A stretch of DNA of 64,000 bases from Paraspadella gotoi (Eukaryota; Animalia; Chaetognatha). The DNA is taken from NCBI GenBank assembly GCA_051294375.1, contig CM119269.1, positions 11,816,809 to 11,880,808 on the forward strand. The letters run 5' to 3'. The notes below the pieces were generated by a model. The model did not search any database. It was not told the origin of the DNA and saw only the letters and a list, made by a program, of their open reading frames with translations. The position numbers and the translations under genes were made by a program. This document shows, one piece after another, positions 43,391-64,000 of this stretch (the stretch's first letter is position 1; the number at the start of each line of letters is the position of its first letter).

Positions 43391-46310
43391 TCGTCGAAAA
43401 AACCGATGAAGACGACGATGACGACAAAAACGACAAGAATGATGAAGACAACGACGATGATGATGACTACGACGTCGACAACAACGACAACGAAGACGAC
43501 GACGAAGACAGCAAGAACGATGAAAACGACGACGAAGAAATGACGACGACGACGAAAAGAAAAAAAATAGTTTTGAAAAAAGGAAACAAAAGGAAGAGAA
43601 ATGGAATTGAAAAAGAAACGAGGATTCTAGACCTTTAGACGCCGAAGTTCGATCCAAGACAACGACGACGACGACGACGACGATTCACATCTCACAATCG
43701 TCGATTCTCACCGTCGTCATTCACTGAGACTCGCGACGTCCGTCTCTCTCTCTCTATCTCGCTCTCTCTTCTCTTCGCCTTACAATCGCGACCGAGAAAA
43801 ACAAAACAAAAACAAAGAAAAGAAAAAGAAAGGAAAAAAATTCAAAAAAATAATAATAAAAATGTGAAGAAGAAGAAAACATAAAAGAGAAAACCTCCTC
43901 ATCCTCTTCCTCCTCTTCCTCCTTTTCCTCTTCCTCCTCCTCCTCCTCCTTTCTCATGGTCTTCCCTTCTTTTTTTTCCCTACTCTTCTCCTCATCCTCT
44001 TCCTCCTCCAACGACTGACCTCCTCTTCTTCCTCCTCCTTCTTCTTCTTCTTCATAACAACAACGACGACAACAACTACCGGTAAAATCTAGGAGTGGGG
44101 TTTTTCTCCCTTCGAAGGTCGCACTATAAAATATAAAAAAAAGCGAAAAACAATATTTTTTTCATTCTTTCCTCAAATATCGCAGCTTCCCTCACTTTTC
44201 GATTTAAAAGAAAAGTTTGATTAAAAACGAAATTGACAAATTCTTATTATTTAAAACTCATCCACCGTCGAAAACTCGCGGCGCATTTGGAATCCAAAAT
44301 CTTATCAGATGAAAAAAAATGTCTTGTCGAAGGAATTGACCGGAAACTTAAGAAAAAAAAAAGAAAAAATAAATTCGCGATTTTAAGGAGAAAAAAAACT
44401 CAAATTAAATCGCGCGTTAAATTATAAACAGTAAACATTATTACGACCGAAAATATAAACAAACAAATAAAATGATAAAAATACAACAGTTAACGAGGGC
44501 AAACGCGTGATTTTTTCTCTCTCTCTCTCTCTTTCTCTCTTTCTCTCTCTCTCTCTCTGTGTCTCTCTCTCTCCTGGCCTCATCCTTGGAAAATGTCTCT
44601 CGTGCCTTAAATTCCGGACAAAATCTAAAAAAAAAGAAAGTTGAAAATTTGTGAGACTCGTCATCGAGATACGATGGAGTTCGGGAAAAAGGTGAGAGAA
44701 TGGATTTAAAAATAAATGATTTAATGCGTTTGAAAAGACGTTTAACAGTACTTTAGTTAAAAAATGATATTTCATTTATCACTGGGGTAAATTTTTTTAA
44801 AAATTGACGCTAATTTTTTTTTCAAATATTAACGACTCTAAACAACATAATAAAACTTTTATAATACAAATAAAAAAATAAAAAATAGAAATAAAACGAA
44901 CAAATTAGAAAAAATACGAAAAAATATTAAGAAAATTTATAAAAAAAATATTTAAAAAAAATGTATGTCAACTCGATTTTCTGCGCCAATTTTCCAATTT
45001 GTTTTTCCTGCTGTGGATTTTGGCCAAAAATTCGACTCGAGAAAAAAAACATCGAAAATAAAAAGAAAGTTGAGTCTTTCTTTTCTTTTCTTTTCTTTTC
45101 TTTTCTTTTCTTTTCTTTTCTTTTCTTTTCTTTTCTTTTCTTTTCTCTCTCCCAAGGCAGTGATTGAGTGGAGCATGCATAGTTTGCTTACTCGGAACTT
45201 TTATTTAACTAAGCTATGCGCGGCGTGCATACTATGTAAAAATGTACGACTATTGTCCGAAGGTTGAAGTGAAGGGAACTTGCTTGGAACTATGGTGCCA
45301 AAAAAAACTATACAATCGTTGGATAGCAATTAACAAATTTCATACTAAAATTAAATATATTTCAGAATTAATTTCTTAGTAGATGCTATGTAATGTCATA
45401 TAAGGCTAATAAAAATATAACACTATCGAAATAGTGGATTTTATTCGTTATCAAGGATGTAAATTAAATATATTTTAGCTTTTTCTTATGAAAAAAAATG
45501 TTTCCTCGGATATTCCTTCATATTTTTAACTGTTTAATATATTAACAATGACAATTACATTTTAAGTTTTAATTAATTTTTCACTCTTTTTTTGCTCAAG
45601 TTGAAAAAAAAATTAGGTCAATGAAGAAAACTGGTAAGAATTGTGTACGTGACTTCCTGGATTAACTTTTATATTGCGTAAAACTCATTCATAAACTTTG
45701 CAATTATTTTACAAAAACTTTGAGTTCGTCACGAAGAGATTATCTCTGGGATTCGAGTCTCGTGAAGGCAAATCTTTTTTTTAATAGTTTTGATTTATAT
45801 TTTTTTTTATTCTTCAATTTTTTTGATTATGTTTTGTTAAAATTTTTGTGATTGAACTTAAATTAACCTTTACTTACTCTTAACTTAATCTTCGTTTTCT
45901 TCTTAGAATAATTATTTGTATCTTTTAATTTTAAATTTTTAAATTCTCTAATATGAAAATTTGCAAAATTACTTATTACACTATTTTCTATTTTTATATT
46001 CTATAATGGTTTTACTATTTAATCTATATCATGTTTTGATTTTTTTAAATATACTCTTTTTTATTCATTTTTCTTTCTCATCCCCAAGGATTCACTCGGA
46101 GCTAAATAATGAGTTGAGGGTAAATACTCCCCCGCTTTAACTCCCCCCTGTCCCTCCCTCCTTCCCTCCCCCCCGCCGCCCCGCTATCCCAGCCTGTGAG
46201 GGATAAATCCCAACGTCCCGCCCTTTTTTTACCTGGAGAAAAAAAAGAGCGGGAAGAATCCGAAGCTCTCTCGCTCTCTCTCTCTCTTTTCCTCAAAAAA
46301 ATAAACACTG

Positions 46311-46343
<33 letters not shown>

Positions 46344-46363
46344 TTTTTTTAATAATCGTGATT

Positions 46364-46443
<80 letters not shown>

Positions 46444-46445
46444 AG

Positions 46446-47727
46446 ATGCGAAGGATCAAGATCGAAATCCTCCGACCGATCTCCTCCTCTTCCTCCTACG
46501 CTCTTCCTCTTCCTCCTCCTCCTCCTTCTCATCCCTCGACGTCTCGCCTCGGAGGCGCCGAGGCGACGATTCGGCGCCTTGTCCTCTTCCTCTTCCTCCT
46601 CCACTCCCTCTCCAGCCTCTCGGACGATCCCCCACCACCCTTCCCCGCGAGTCCCCTCCGATCCTCTTCCCCAATCCCCTCACTCTCTCTCCTCTCCACC
46701 GTCGTTACCTCATCTTCCTTCAAGCGTCTCGCTCTCCTCGAAACTCTCTCTCCCCGACGCCTCGAGCTTTTCCTCCAGCAACGAACCACACCTCCAATCG
46801 GCTCGTCGACGGCGTCAGGGTCTTCGTCGTCCGAAGCGAAGACGTCGACGGAAAAATGAGAAGCGAAAAACTTCGAAACGACGACAGCATTCGCCGCAGC
46901 ATCCGCAGGAGCCGCTTCGTCGATCTCCGCTGCAACAGCTTCCGCCGCCGCGACGCCGCCTCGGCTCTCCTCCGCAGCAGCAGCTGCCGCGCCTGCCGCT
47001 GCCGTCGCACCGTCTTCCGATTCTTCCGCTGGCGGAGAGACCCGATCCTTCGTTAGATCCGCCGCCAGAGGCGCTTCGATCCACGTCGTCGCTATTACAG
47101 ACGCTCGGCGCCGAGAATTTCCGGCCGCGGCTGATGTCGGTAACTGATCCGCGTTCTGGACCCGAGGGCGGAATCGTCATCGGCGGCGGCGGCGGCGGCG
47201 GCGGTGAAATTCCGCGGGATTTTCGACGGAAATTCACCGACTTTTTCGACGGCGGGAAAAACTTTGACAAGAAACGAAAACAAAAGATGAAGGAAAAACA
47301 AGAGAGAAAACAACTCGATAAACAAGAGAAAAAACAAAACGAAGCGGAGGAGAAGAGAGGAAGACAAAAGTCGTCGTCGTCACGTCGACTTCGCCGGAAA
47401 TTAATGCGTCTCCTATGGCGTCGAACTCAATGTCGCGTCCGATACGCGTGGCGCGATCTCGGCGCACGATTTTGGCCGCGTTACGTACGTGAGGGATCGT
47501 GCTCCGCGACCGAGACTTGCTCCTTTCCCGCCGGGATGCGCTGCGCTCCTTCCGTACAGTCTCGCATCACTCTGCTGCGATATTACTGCGGGACGAAGCG
47601 ATGGGGGCGTGCCGAAGTGGGACGTGGAACGACGACGATGACGACGACGACAACGACGATAAGGAGTTGTCGGTGGATCGTCGTTCATTATCCCATCGTC
47701 ACTGGATGCGCCTGCGGGTGTCAGTGA
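46446..47727 (+). CDS. nog: Noggin (BMP antagonist family); main coding exon, start codon unresolved
   Basis: Clip region PLPSHRLPILPLAERPDPSLDP...LLQTLG...FRPRLMS, a basic segment, and a cystine-knot C-terminus CRVRYAWRDLGARFWPRYVREGSC...CSFPAGMRC...C...CRW..YPIVTGCACGC with all nine cysteines. A splice acceptor follows (CT)n at 46445. Confidence 0.95.
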
Positions 47728-49681
47728 CAAAAAAATTAAATGTCACAACAGTTACTATCACAAAAATCACTGTCACAAGTCTAAAAAAAAACGGAGGTGA
47801 TTTCTATAATTCGGTTTAGATTTTTTACGAAACTCTCTGTCATCTTTTTCGCCCTGTATCAACTTCGTCTATGCCCCCTAAACCCAGTACTCATTTTAGT
47901 TGATAGCAGGTTACATTGTACCTTCATTGTATCTTCATTTACATTTACTTTTCTTTTTTCGTTATAAATTGTTGTATTGTCTTTCTCCTTTTCTTTCTCT
48001 GTTTCTTTTTTATTTTTATTTCTTATTTTATTTTATTAATGCTATTTTATTAATTGTTAAAACAATCGAGTCTTCAAAGCTTTTCTTACCGAGATTAATA
48101 GTTTTATTAAAATAACAAGAAAGGGCCCGCGCAGGCTAAATTTCCAAGCTACATTCCTTGACTGACTTTTGGACGTGATAAAAAAATTTTTTGAAAGGTT
48201 ATCAAACCTTGACACCGTTTATATCCTATCCCTTATTAACGTTATTTTGTACAATTTTTTAAATGATCTTTTTCTTTCATTTATTTTTCAAAGATTCAAA
48301 TTTTTCATTTAATTTATTCCTTGTACAGTCATTAAATTATTATTTCCTTTTTGCGTAAACAAATTTCGTTTAAATTTTTAAAAAACCCGCTTTACTTATA
48401 ATTGGTTTTTATCAAACTGAGCTCTTTGCATCATATTGATGCTTATTTGTAATATAACCCTTGTTGAAATGATCCTCCCGAAATAAATAACAAAATCATT
48501 CTATGACTGTTTTTTTAAAAAAACACTCTTTAGTACAGTCTTAAAAAATACGTACATAACCTAAGTAAGTGAATACATTTTGGACACTAGATTTAGATTT
48601 AGATTTAGGATCCGAGAGGAATTTGAGGAATTCCTTGAATTCAGTCAAGTTGCGATGAGGAAGAGGAGTAGGAAGAGGAGGAGGAGGAGGATCAAGGATC
48701 GAAAAAAAGAAAGAAAAAGAAAGAAAAAGAAAGAGGAGACGAGAAGTTGATTTCCGTTTCAGATTATTTTTTTTTTTTCGGTTTCACTTTATTTTTCTGT
48801 AGTAAAGAAAATTGAGAGGGTTGAAAAACATTTACATAGTAGAACAAAAAACGGCGTTTGTAAATGTAGATGTCATGCTATCGTTACGTTAAAGTGTTTA
48901 AAGTGGCGAGACGAGGGTTTTAACAATTAACAAACGAATAAATTAGTCAATTGGCACTCATACATTTTTGAAGTTTCATAATTTGTATCTATGTAAATGG
49001 CGAAGAATATTTGTACTACAAAATATCTCTATATGGTTGTCAGCTAAGTTTTAGTTTAGAGTCTTTTCTTATCAACTTTCTTCTTTATAATATTTAAAAA
49101 CTTCTTGTTCTTTAGGTTCATTTTTTGTAAATCGCTTTAGTTGTAAATCGTTTTAGGGGCTAAAGCGATTTACTTACCCCCTGAAAAATTTTTTTCCAAA
49201 TTTTTTTTTCAATTTTTTTTCCCCATCTTTGTAACTTTTGCTACCTAGGATTTGTATCTTACTTTTTGTACTATGAGCATTTTCCCTTTACTTTCTATAG
49301 AAATTTGCTCTTCTGTCTGCACCCACTAGATCTTGACTTTATTATATCTGCCAAAAACAATTCCAAAGGGTAAATAAGTATATCATTTTATGTAAAATTA
49401 AATTAAAGTAATAACAATTACCTTTATTACACAGACTCTTGAACCCTCCTTACACAAGACCTGGAATATACTTTTCCTTCAAAATTTGCAAGCAAGATAG
49501 ATAATTGTCTCACCTCTCCAGGTAAATATCAAAAAGGTATTAGGATTTAGCAGGGACATTAGATATTAAGGCAGGCAAAAATTGATCCTTTTTATTATTA
49601 AGAGTTCTGTAATATAAAATTCATTTGTTCATCATATACTTAATCAATATTTAATATCACTTTTTAACTAATGAAGCACAG

Positions 49682-51441
49682 TGTGAAAGATGTAACCTTA
49701 TAAGGACGTTCGGTGAAATTTTCTGGTCACTCTTTGATTGCCCAATATTTTTCGCAGGCATTTTTAACGTTCTCTCAATAACCAATTTCCGTGAGAGATT
49801 TCTTGATCAACTCTGTTTTCACTTGATAACTCATCGGAAGTGTTTCACTTGCTAAGAAACTCTGTTTTATGAGTTTCCAATGGACGTTTTATGAAAATAT
49901 AAGTTAACAAATTTGATACGACTCTCTTCTTCATAGTTCAGTGGGACTCACGTTAAACAATTCTACGGTGGGCAAAATACTACATTCATCTCCGCGTTAG
50001 CATAGAAATTATAAAACAATTTTTTACAGTAAAACAGATTGCTCGCTGCGTGGTTTCAACGTTATTAAAAAACAACAATCAACAAAAAATGGATTTATCG
50101 GCGATAACAATTCAAGTTCTCGTCAACGAGATCGCCAAGATTCTCGAACCTCGACTCTTAAAGATTGAAAAAACTCTTCAAACATTGCAGACTCTCGCGA
50201 CTTCTGCTACATCAACCAACGCGCGGAATAACGCGCCCTCTAATCTCCTTCCTACTTCAAAAAATTGAAAGTCGCTTCGAAGGCGACTCTCTATGTCTTC
50301 GATTGCGTCGGCAACTCCGGCGACTCAGTTGAAAAACGAGTCGGCGTTAACTTCAGCTACTGATTCAAAAAATCTATTGATTTCCCCCTCGGTAACTACC
50401 GTCAAAATAATGACGGACACTCTACCGGCATCTGCATCGGTAAATACGCCAGTATCATCGCCGGCATTTGCATCAGAATCATGGTCGGCACCTGCGTCGG
50501 CAACTAAGTCTGCAAGGAAATCGACTTTTTCAACTTCTTTATGACCAAAGAAACCGATGACGTGTCTCTTATGCGAGGACGACCACCTTCTCTCTCACTG
50601 CACCGGTTATTGCACGGCGTTTCCAATAACGAAGAAAAATTTTGTTGAGGAAAAAGATTTGTGCTACCGATATATGCAACCGGGACATCATTCTCGTCAG
50701 TGCCGCTCTGAGCGGCGCTGCGTTGCCTGCGAAGGGTTGCATCACACAATTTTTCATGATGCTTTCATGGCGGCGAGTGAAAAACTGTCGCAAAGAGTAC
50801 CTTCAAAGACGCCGCCGCTGCCACCCTTGGAAAACAAATACGAGACCGGCAATGGTTAAAACTTCAAATAGTTCAGCGAAGACGCCATTCAACTTACATT
50901 TTAACGTTTTTTAAAATTTTTATTCTTATTCTTATTGTTGGTAAATATTATTGCAGTGCCGGTTGTTTTGTTTCTGTGCTAAAAGCAATTACCTCTATTC
51001 TTTACTATTCATTTTTAATGACTGCTATATTTTTAAAGTTGTCACATCTTTAATTCTTTGTCAATACTTTGATTTAACATATTGACCAGGGGCGTGTGAA
51101 AGATGTAACCTTATAAGGACATTCGGTGAAATTTTCTGGTCACTCTTCGATCACCCAATATTTTTTGCGGGCATTTTTAACGTTCTCTCAATAACCAATT
51201 TCCATGAGAGATTTCGTGATCAACTCAGTTTTCACTTGATAACTCATCGAAAGTGTTTCGCCTGCTAAGAAACTCTGTTTTACGAGTTTCCAATGGACGT
51301 TTTATGAAAATATAAGTTAACAAATTTGATATGACTTTCTTCTTCATAGTTCAGTGGGACTCACGTTAAACAATTCTACGGTGGGCGAAATACTATGTTC
51401 ATCTCCGCGTTAGCATAGAAAATATAAAAAAAATTTCTACA
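49682..51441 (+). mobile_element. Internally deleted BEL/Pao LTR retrotransposon (LTRs 49682-50028 and 51095-51441)
   Basis: 347-bp TG...CA LTRs with a 5-bp CACAG TSD. The internal Gag remnant has a triple zinc knuckle CLLCEDDH....C / CYR...GH....C / CVACEGLHHTIFH. There is no pol. Confidence 0.9.
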
Positions 51442-51573
51442 CACAGTATAACATTGAATCGTTTAAATATTTATCAATGTATAGGCAATGAAAAAAATAT
51501 TTTTTTTAGAATTTTTTTTTATAGGAAAACGTTTAAATTGTGATTCGGCAACGAATTTATTTAATAATAATAA

Positions 51574-51613
51574 ACGGACATGTTTCGGTTCGGTTTACGA
51601 ACCTTCTTCAGCG
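51574..51613 (-). ncRNA. Minimal hammerhead ribozyme (Penelope-type), intact core
   Basis: Minus strand: GCG-CTGAAGA-A-GGTTCG-TAAAC-CGAACC-GAAA-CATG-TC-CGT. Confidence 0.8.
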
Positions 51614-52739
51614 CAGTTAAGGACACAACTGTTGCCGAATCACAATTTAAACTTTTTCCTATGTCCCAAACGCAACGAAATGAAAGGAAATTATAACATT
51701 TTTTTTTTAAATAGTGGATTCAGATACCCCATAAAAAGTCTACACAAGGTAAAATGCATTTTTCAATATTTTGATGAAAAGTGGGTCAAATAAGTGAAAA
51801 ACCCTTAAAAATCATCATCATCATCATCATTATACCATAATTTTTACAGTTTTTGCTATTTTTAACTAATAAAATATAAAAATTTAAAAATCTTGTAATA
51901 ATATTTTTTATTCATTTTTTCCCAAATCCGTTTTTAAAAATTCTGAATTTAAAAAAAAAATTTTATGATTTATAGTAAAACTTTAAATACTTCCATGTTA
52001 TTAACTATACATAAAATATTAATTTTTTTAAAAATTTCATTATCCCTCAAGGATGCTCTAACGTTATTTATATTACAGAACTCTTACTTTTTACCTTGTT
52101 CTGACTTATTAGATATCTTACCAGCTATCTTAAGAAGTTTTGAATGTTCAATAGCTGCATTACCTTATCACATGTTACCAAGTAGAGCCTCAGGATCTGA
52201 TCAGAATATAGTAACAGGGCATCTTCAATGATAGATTACAATTTTTAAAATGGGTACAGCATTAAACATATATTCCAGTATATTTATTATGTATTTTAAA
52301 ATGTATCTTTTATAAAATTATATAATAATACTTATCTGAAACTTTTGATAGAACTGTTGGGGATTCGAATCCTTCAATACTTTACCCCGCACAAACTGAC
52401 ATTGACTATGCTATTCAAGCATATTCTATTTAAGATTCATTACTACTTTTTCTTCTTTAATCCTCCTTACCTTAACGGGTTTTTAATCCTAAATGATGCA
52501 AGTTGAAAAAAATTATTAGTGTTACAGTAACAGTTCAGCTTAAGCCCTTGAAAGCGATTTACATGTATTGGTCCTGCCACTGGTCTTCATTGTTGTTTTG
52601 TTTGTTCTTTTATTTTGCGTTTAAATGTTTGTTAGGCGGCGTCTCTTTTTTTCGTTTCTATTAACTGATCCATTAAAAAAAGGTCTACAGTGCTTACACA
52701 CTTGAGTCACTCGCAATAAGTAACCAAAGTATTTTAATA

Positions 52740-53057
52740 CTCTAGGGTTAAAAACTGTATCAAACAAATCCATGCATTAACTCATATTAACTATCTCGCA
52801 TTCCGGCTTTGGATTAGCTAATAGCTATGGTATTGCATGATGATAAAATAGCTAAATTATATATATATATATATGGAATATATATATTTGGTGATTAATA
52901 AACTCGACTGAGACAGTGTAGTTATTAAATGCTTACATGATTTAGCTACTTTATCATCATGCAATACCATAGCTATTAGCTAATCCAAAGCCGGAATGCG
53001 AGATAGTTAATATGAGTTAATGCATGGATTTGGTTGATACAGTTTTTTACCCTAGAG
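52740..53057. mobile_element. Foldback-like MITE with ~120-bp near-perfect TIRs, TA TSD
   Basis: ctctagggt...ctcgcattccggctttggattagc is mirrored by gctaatccaaagccggaatgcgag...accctagag. Confidence 0.8.
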
Positions 53058-53699
53058 TATATATATATATATATATATTTATATACTAGGGTGAAGTGAA
53101 AGTTTGGAATCAAAATATAGCAGTTATATCTTGAAATCTATCATATTAGTGAATATTAATCTGTAATTATTTTTCTTTTTTTACAAATATAGTAGCCCAG
53201 TCAGCTTATTTTGTATATAGTACTACCCTTATATAATGTCAAAATTTTAAAATAATTTTTTTTTTAATTCTGAGAACAGATTCAGATTCCTTGTTAAAAG
53301 TTGATAAAAGAAAATATAAATCTTTTTCAAAAATTATGTCATTAAGTAGGTTAAAATTATAAAAAGCTATATTTTTAAGTTCAAAATTAAAAATTGACAT
53401 CTTAAATATAGTTTTTTATATTTTTAACCAACTTAATGAAATAATTTTTTAAAAAGAATTATACTTTCTTATATCAACCTTTTGCAATAAATCCAAATCC
53501 GATCTTAAAATTAAAAAAATTGCAATTTGAAATTTTAGCTTATTATATACTTATTACTATATATAAATATAGCTCACTGGTGCCCACTAATGTATAAAAT
53601 TAAAAAATAAATTTATATTGGTTTTTATTTTCATGTTTTATATGCTAAATTTTAATTTTCAAAAATTTTATCATTTTCACATCACTCTAATATATACCA

Positions 53700-54975
53700 T
53701 ATACCACGATATATATACCGCTTCTTTTATTACTCCTGAACATTTAATTTATGCGTGCCCTAAATTATTAATTCATATTCACATGTTATTTAACAGTTTA
53801 ATTCAACACGGCTGTTTGTTCAGACTTTTTAGATGGACTAATTATTCCAATAGTGAAGGATTACAGTGGTGATCTTTGTACAGTCTCTAATTACCGATGA
53901 ATAACTCTGTCATCAGTTTTTAGTCAATTGTTTGAGCACTGTCTCTTGTTAAAATTTGGGCATAATCTTTTTTCAGATGACTTGCAATTTGGTTATAAAT
54001 ATAAGAAATCTCATTCTACTTCTCATGCAATGTTCACTCTACGGACCTGCATAGATTATTTTCATGTTCATGGTTCGGGTGTTTGCAGTACATTCATGGA
54101 TTGTAGCAATGGTTTTGACAAAGTGAATCATTATAGTATTTTTACTAAGCTTATAGATCGTGCCATTATGTTTCTTAAAAATCTTGGTATACTGGTATAG
54201 CAATTTAAAGTAATTTAAAGTAATTTTAAGTAAATGTAGATGGAAAAGTACCATTAGTGATTCATTTGTAATGTCTTCTGGCGTACGCCAAGGAGGAGTC
54301 CTCAGTCCATACTTATGGGCAGTATATGTCAACGATTTAATTTTGGAACTAAAAAAATCAGTTTATGGTTGTTACATAGGACATGCATATTTTATGAAGA
54401 CGATATAGCATTACTTTCACCAACGATAAGAGGTATGCAAGTCTTAATTGACATTTGTGCAAAATATGCAAAGGATTTATGTTTTACATTTAGTTTCAAA
54501 AAAACGAAAGTCATGTATTTTGGTAAGTGGCAAACTACAATTCCAAATGATATACTTTTTCTTGATGGTAACAGTATCGATCTAGTTGATAAATGGACAT
54601 ATCTAGGGTTCAACCTTAGTAGTGAAAGAGACAGCTTGTTTGAGCCAAGCAAAGAATTGGTATCTTTTTTTGATAAATGCCTTGTTAAAGCCTTCAGAGG
54701 AATTATTGATGAAATTGTTTTATACTAACTTTGTTCCGGTTGTCCTTTATGGCTGTGAAGTAAAAACTTTTTCGGTACATAATGTAGCTGTAAATGATGG
54801 TGTCCGAAAGATTTTTGAATATAATCGATGGGAAAGTGTGAGATAACTTAGGAATATGTTTGGATACCACGACCTGTCTACAATTTTTAATAATCGTAAG
54901 AAAACCTTTATCTCAAAGATCTACACAATGAAAAATACTGTTCTTCAGAAACTTGTTCCATTTTTTACAACATAA
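53700..54975 (+). pseudogene. Decayed non-LTR retrotransposon reverse transcriptase
   Basis: Across shifting frames: IIPIVK, QFGYK...STSHA, FMDCSNGFDKVNH, SGVRQGGVLSP, YEDDIALLSP, TYLG. Confidence 0.85.
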
Positions 54976-55578
54976 GAATGAATTAATTAATTTTATTTAA
55001 TTAACTGTTTTTGTTTTCTCTCTATTTTATTATGTTTTTCGTTTGCACAGACTTAGTCTATGTTTGTTTGTTGATGATGATTGTACTGAATCAACCTTGT
55101 TGTATTCGAAGAAAATCGCATATATTATATATATTGATAATAAAATTGGTAGCAGAAAAATCCTTTACTTTCGGCTGAGCCGAAGTCAATCCTTTCTTGA
55201 ATTATATTATTATATCAATAGGTACTAGTACTTTCTACGCTCCCATAAAAACAACGCCGAAAAATAACAACCAACACCCCGATTCCACACCTAAGCCCTA
55301 TTACAAATACGAATTACTTAAGACGTTTGTGCCAATGAGTAATGCACCTCGCGTCGGAGTACAAACATTTCCCCTTAATCCCGTACGACCAGTTTTGTTC
55401 TTTTTGGATTCGATTTGAATCCGAAATCAGGTTTTCGTGTCAACAATCGACGTTTATTCTTTCCAGTTCATTGCATGTGGAACATTCTGGAATCAAACTT
55501 TCTTTTGAAGGCGGAAAACAAGAAAACTTTAATTAAATAAAAAAAAATTGAAAATCGGAAATATTTGGGAAAAGAAAT

Positions 55579-63247
<7,669 letters not shown>

Positions 63248-63462
63248 GTGAGAACCTCAGACTTTGTTGACGACATGATCACTGAAATTAAAGCTTTCAA
63301 TGATCTTGTTACAGCTGCCGCAATCACTATTTTATTGAAATTAAGTTTCAGTTTGATCGTGATTAATATTATATTAAGTGCCATCAATAGAAATAGTTGA
63401 CCTCCTGTAAGTTTTTCATAATATTAAAATTCATTTAATATCTTGCCCCTGACTTTGGACAG

Positions 63463-64000
63463 TAGAGTGGAGCACTGGGAAACATAAATTTTATTTGAGT
63501 GAACAAACAAGGATATTTAGACGTGAGATAGTATGATTAAGAAGTACAAAAAATAATTATTGAGACAAAAGATTGAATGTGTTACAGTTTATAACATTTT
63601 ATTGTAAATATAAATACAAAATATATTTTTTAATACTAATAACGTTAACTAAATACAGACAAACAAGGTGAACTAAAAAAAGTCATAATTTTCTAGTGAA
63701 ATGTGGTGTAGGGACCTTTAAATCGAGACGCCAGCTTTCTCGTAGAAAACCCAACTTTATTTTCCATTCCTTTCACGATGGTGCGCAACTGTCTTGCCGT
63801 GAGTTTTCTTGGCCGCCCTGCGCCTTTTTTGTGTTTGAGAGTATCTCCAGACTTTACTCTTTGTATTACGCGATATATAGATGGACGGCTAACATTTAGC
63901 TTCAAAAAATACTGTAAAGTAAATGGTGTTCCTTCTTGTTCATGATTTTGGTAGAATTGGGCAATAGCGCGGAGCATAAATACAAGATATGATATATGAC
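63463..64000 (-). mobile_element. Tc1/mariner element with truncated transposase (HTH region)
   Basis: ORF 63693-63977 reads ..SRPSIYRVIQR..GRPRKLTARQLRTI..STRKLA. The terminal sequence is shared with the MITE at 24766. Confidence 0.75.

Overview
AT-rich, microsatellite-rich invertebrate animal genomic DNA with spliceosomal introns, TTAGGG-type motifs and several N gaps. Host genes: a multi-exon SDR16C/retinol-dehydrogenase-like gene (-), a SHIPPO/PGP-repeat (ODF3/STPG-like) gene with a probable upstream exon chain (-), a noggin (+), and a divergent cation-type Cys-loop receptor subunit (+, runs off the window). Introns and intergenic DNA hold LINE, Penelope, BEL/Pao, hAT, Tc1/mariner-MITE and Helentron-type elements, and several minimal Penelope-type hammerhead ribozymes. 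The main finding is two unrelated families of small non-coding LTR elements (TRIM-like; 4-bp TSD, shared TGGTGAGCCC primer-binding site, polypurine tract). Each intact LTR carries a tRNA-derived Pol III promoter-like segment directly followed by a circularly permuted (P5-type) twister ribozyme whose P1 is reduced to a 6-nt palindrome. The fold is supported by covariation between the two families. It predicts self-excised monomers of about 407-431 nt that could circularise, i.e. LTR retrozymes built on twister rather than hammerhead ribozymes. All structures were read by eye; no search or folding program was run.
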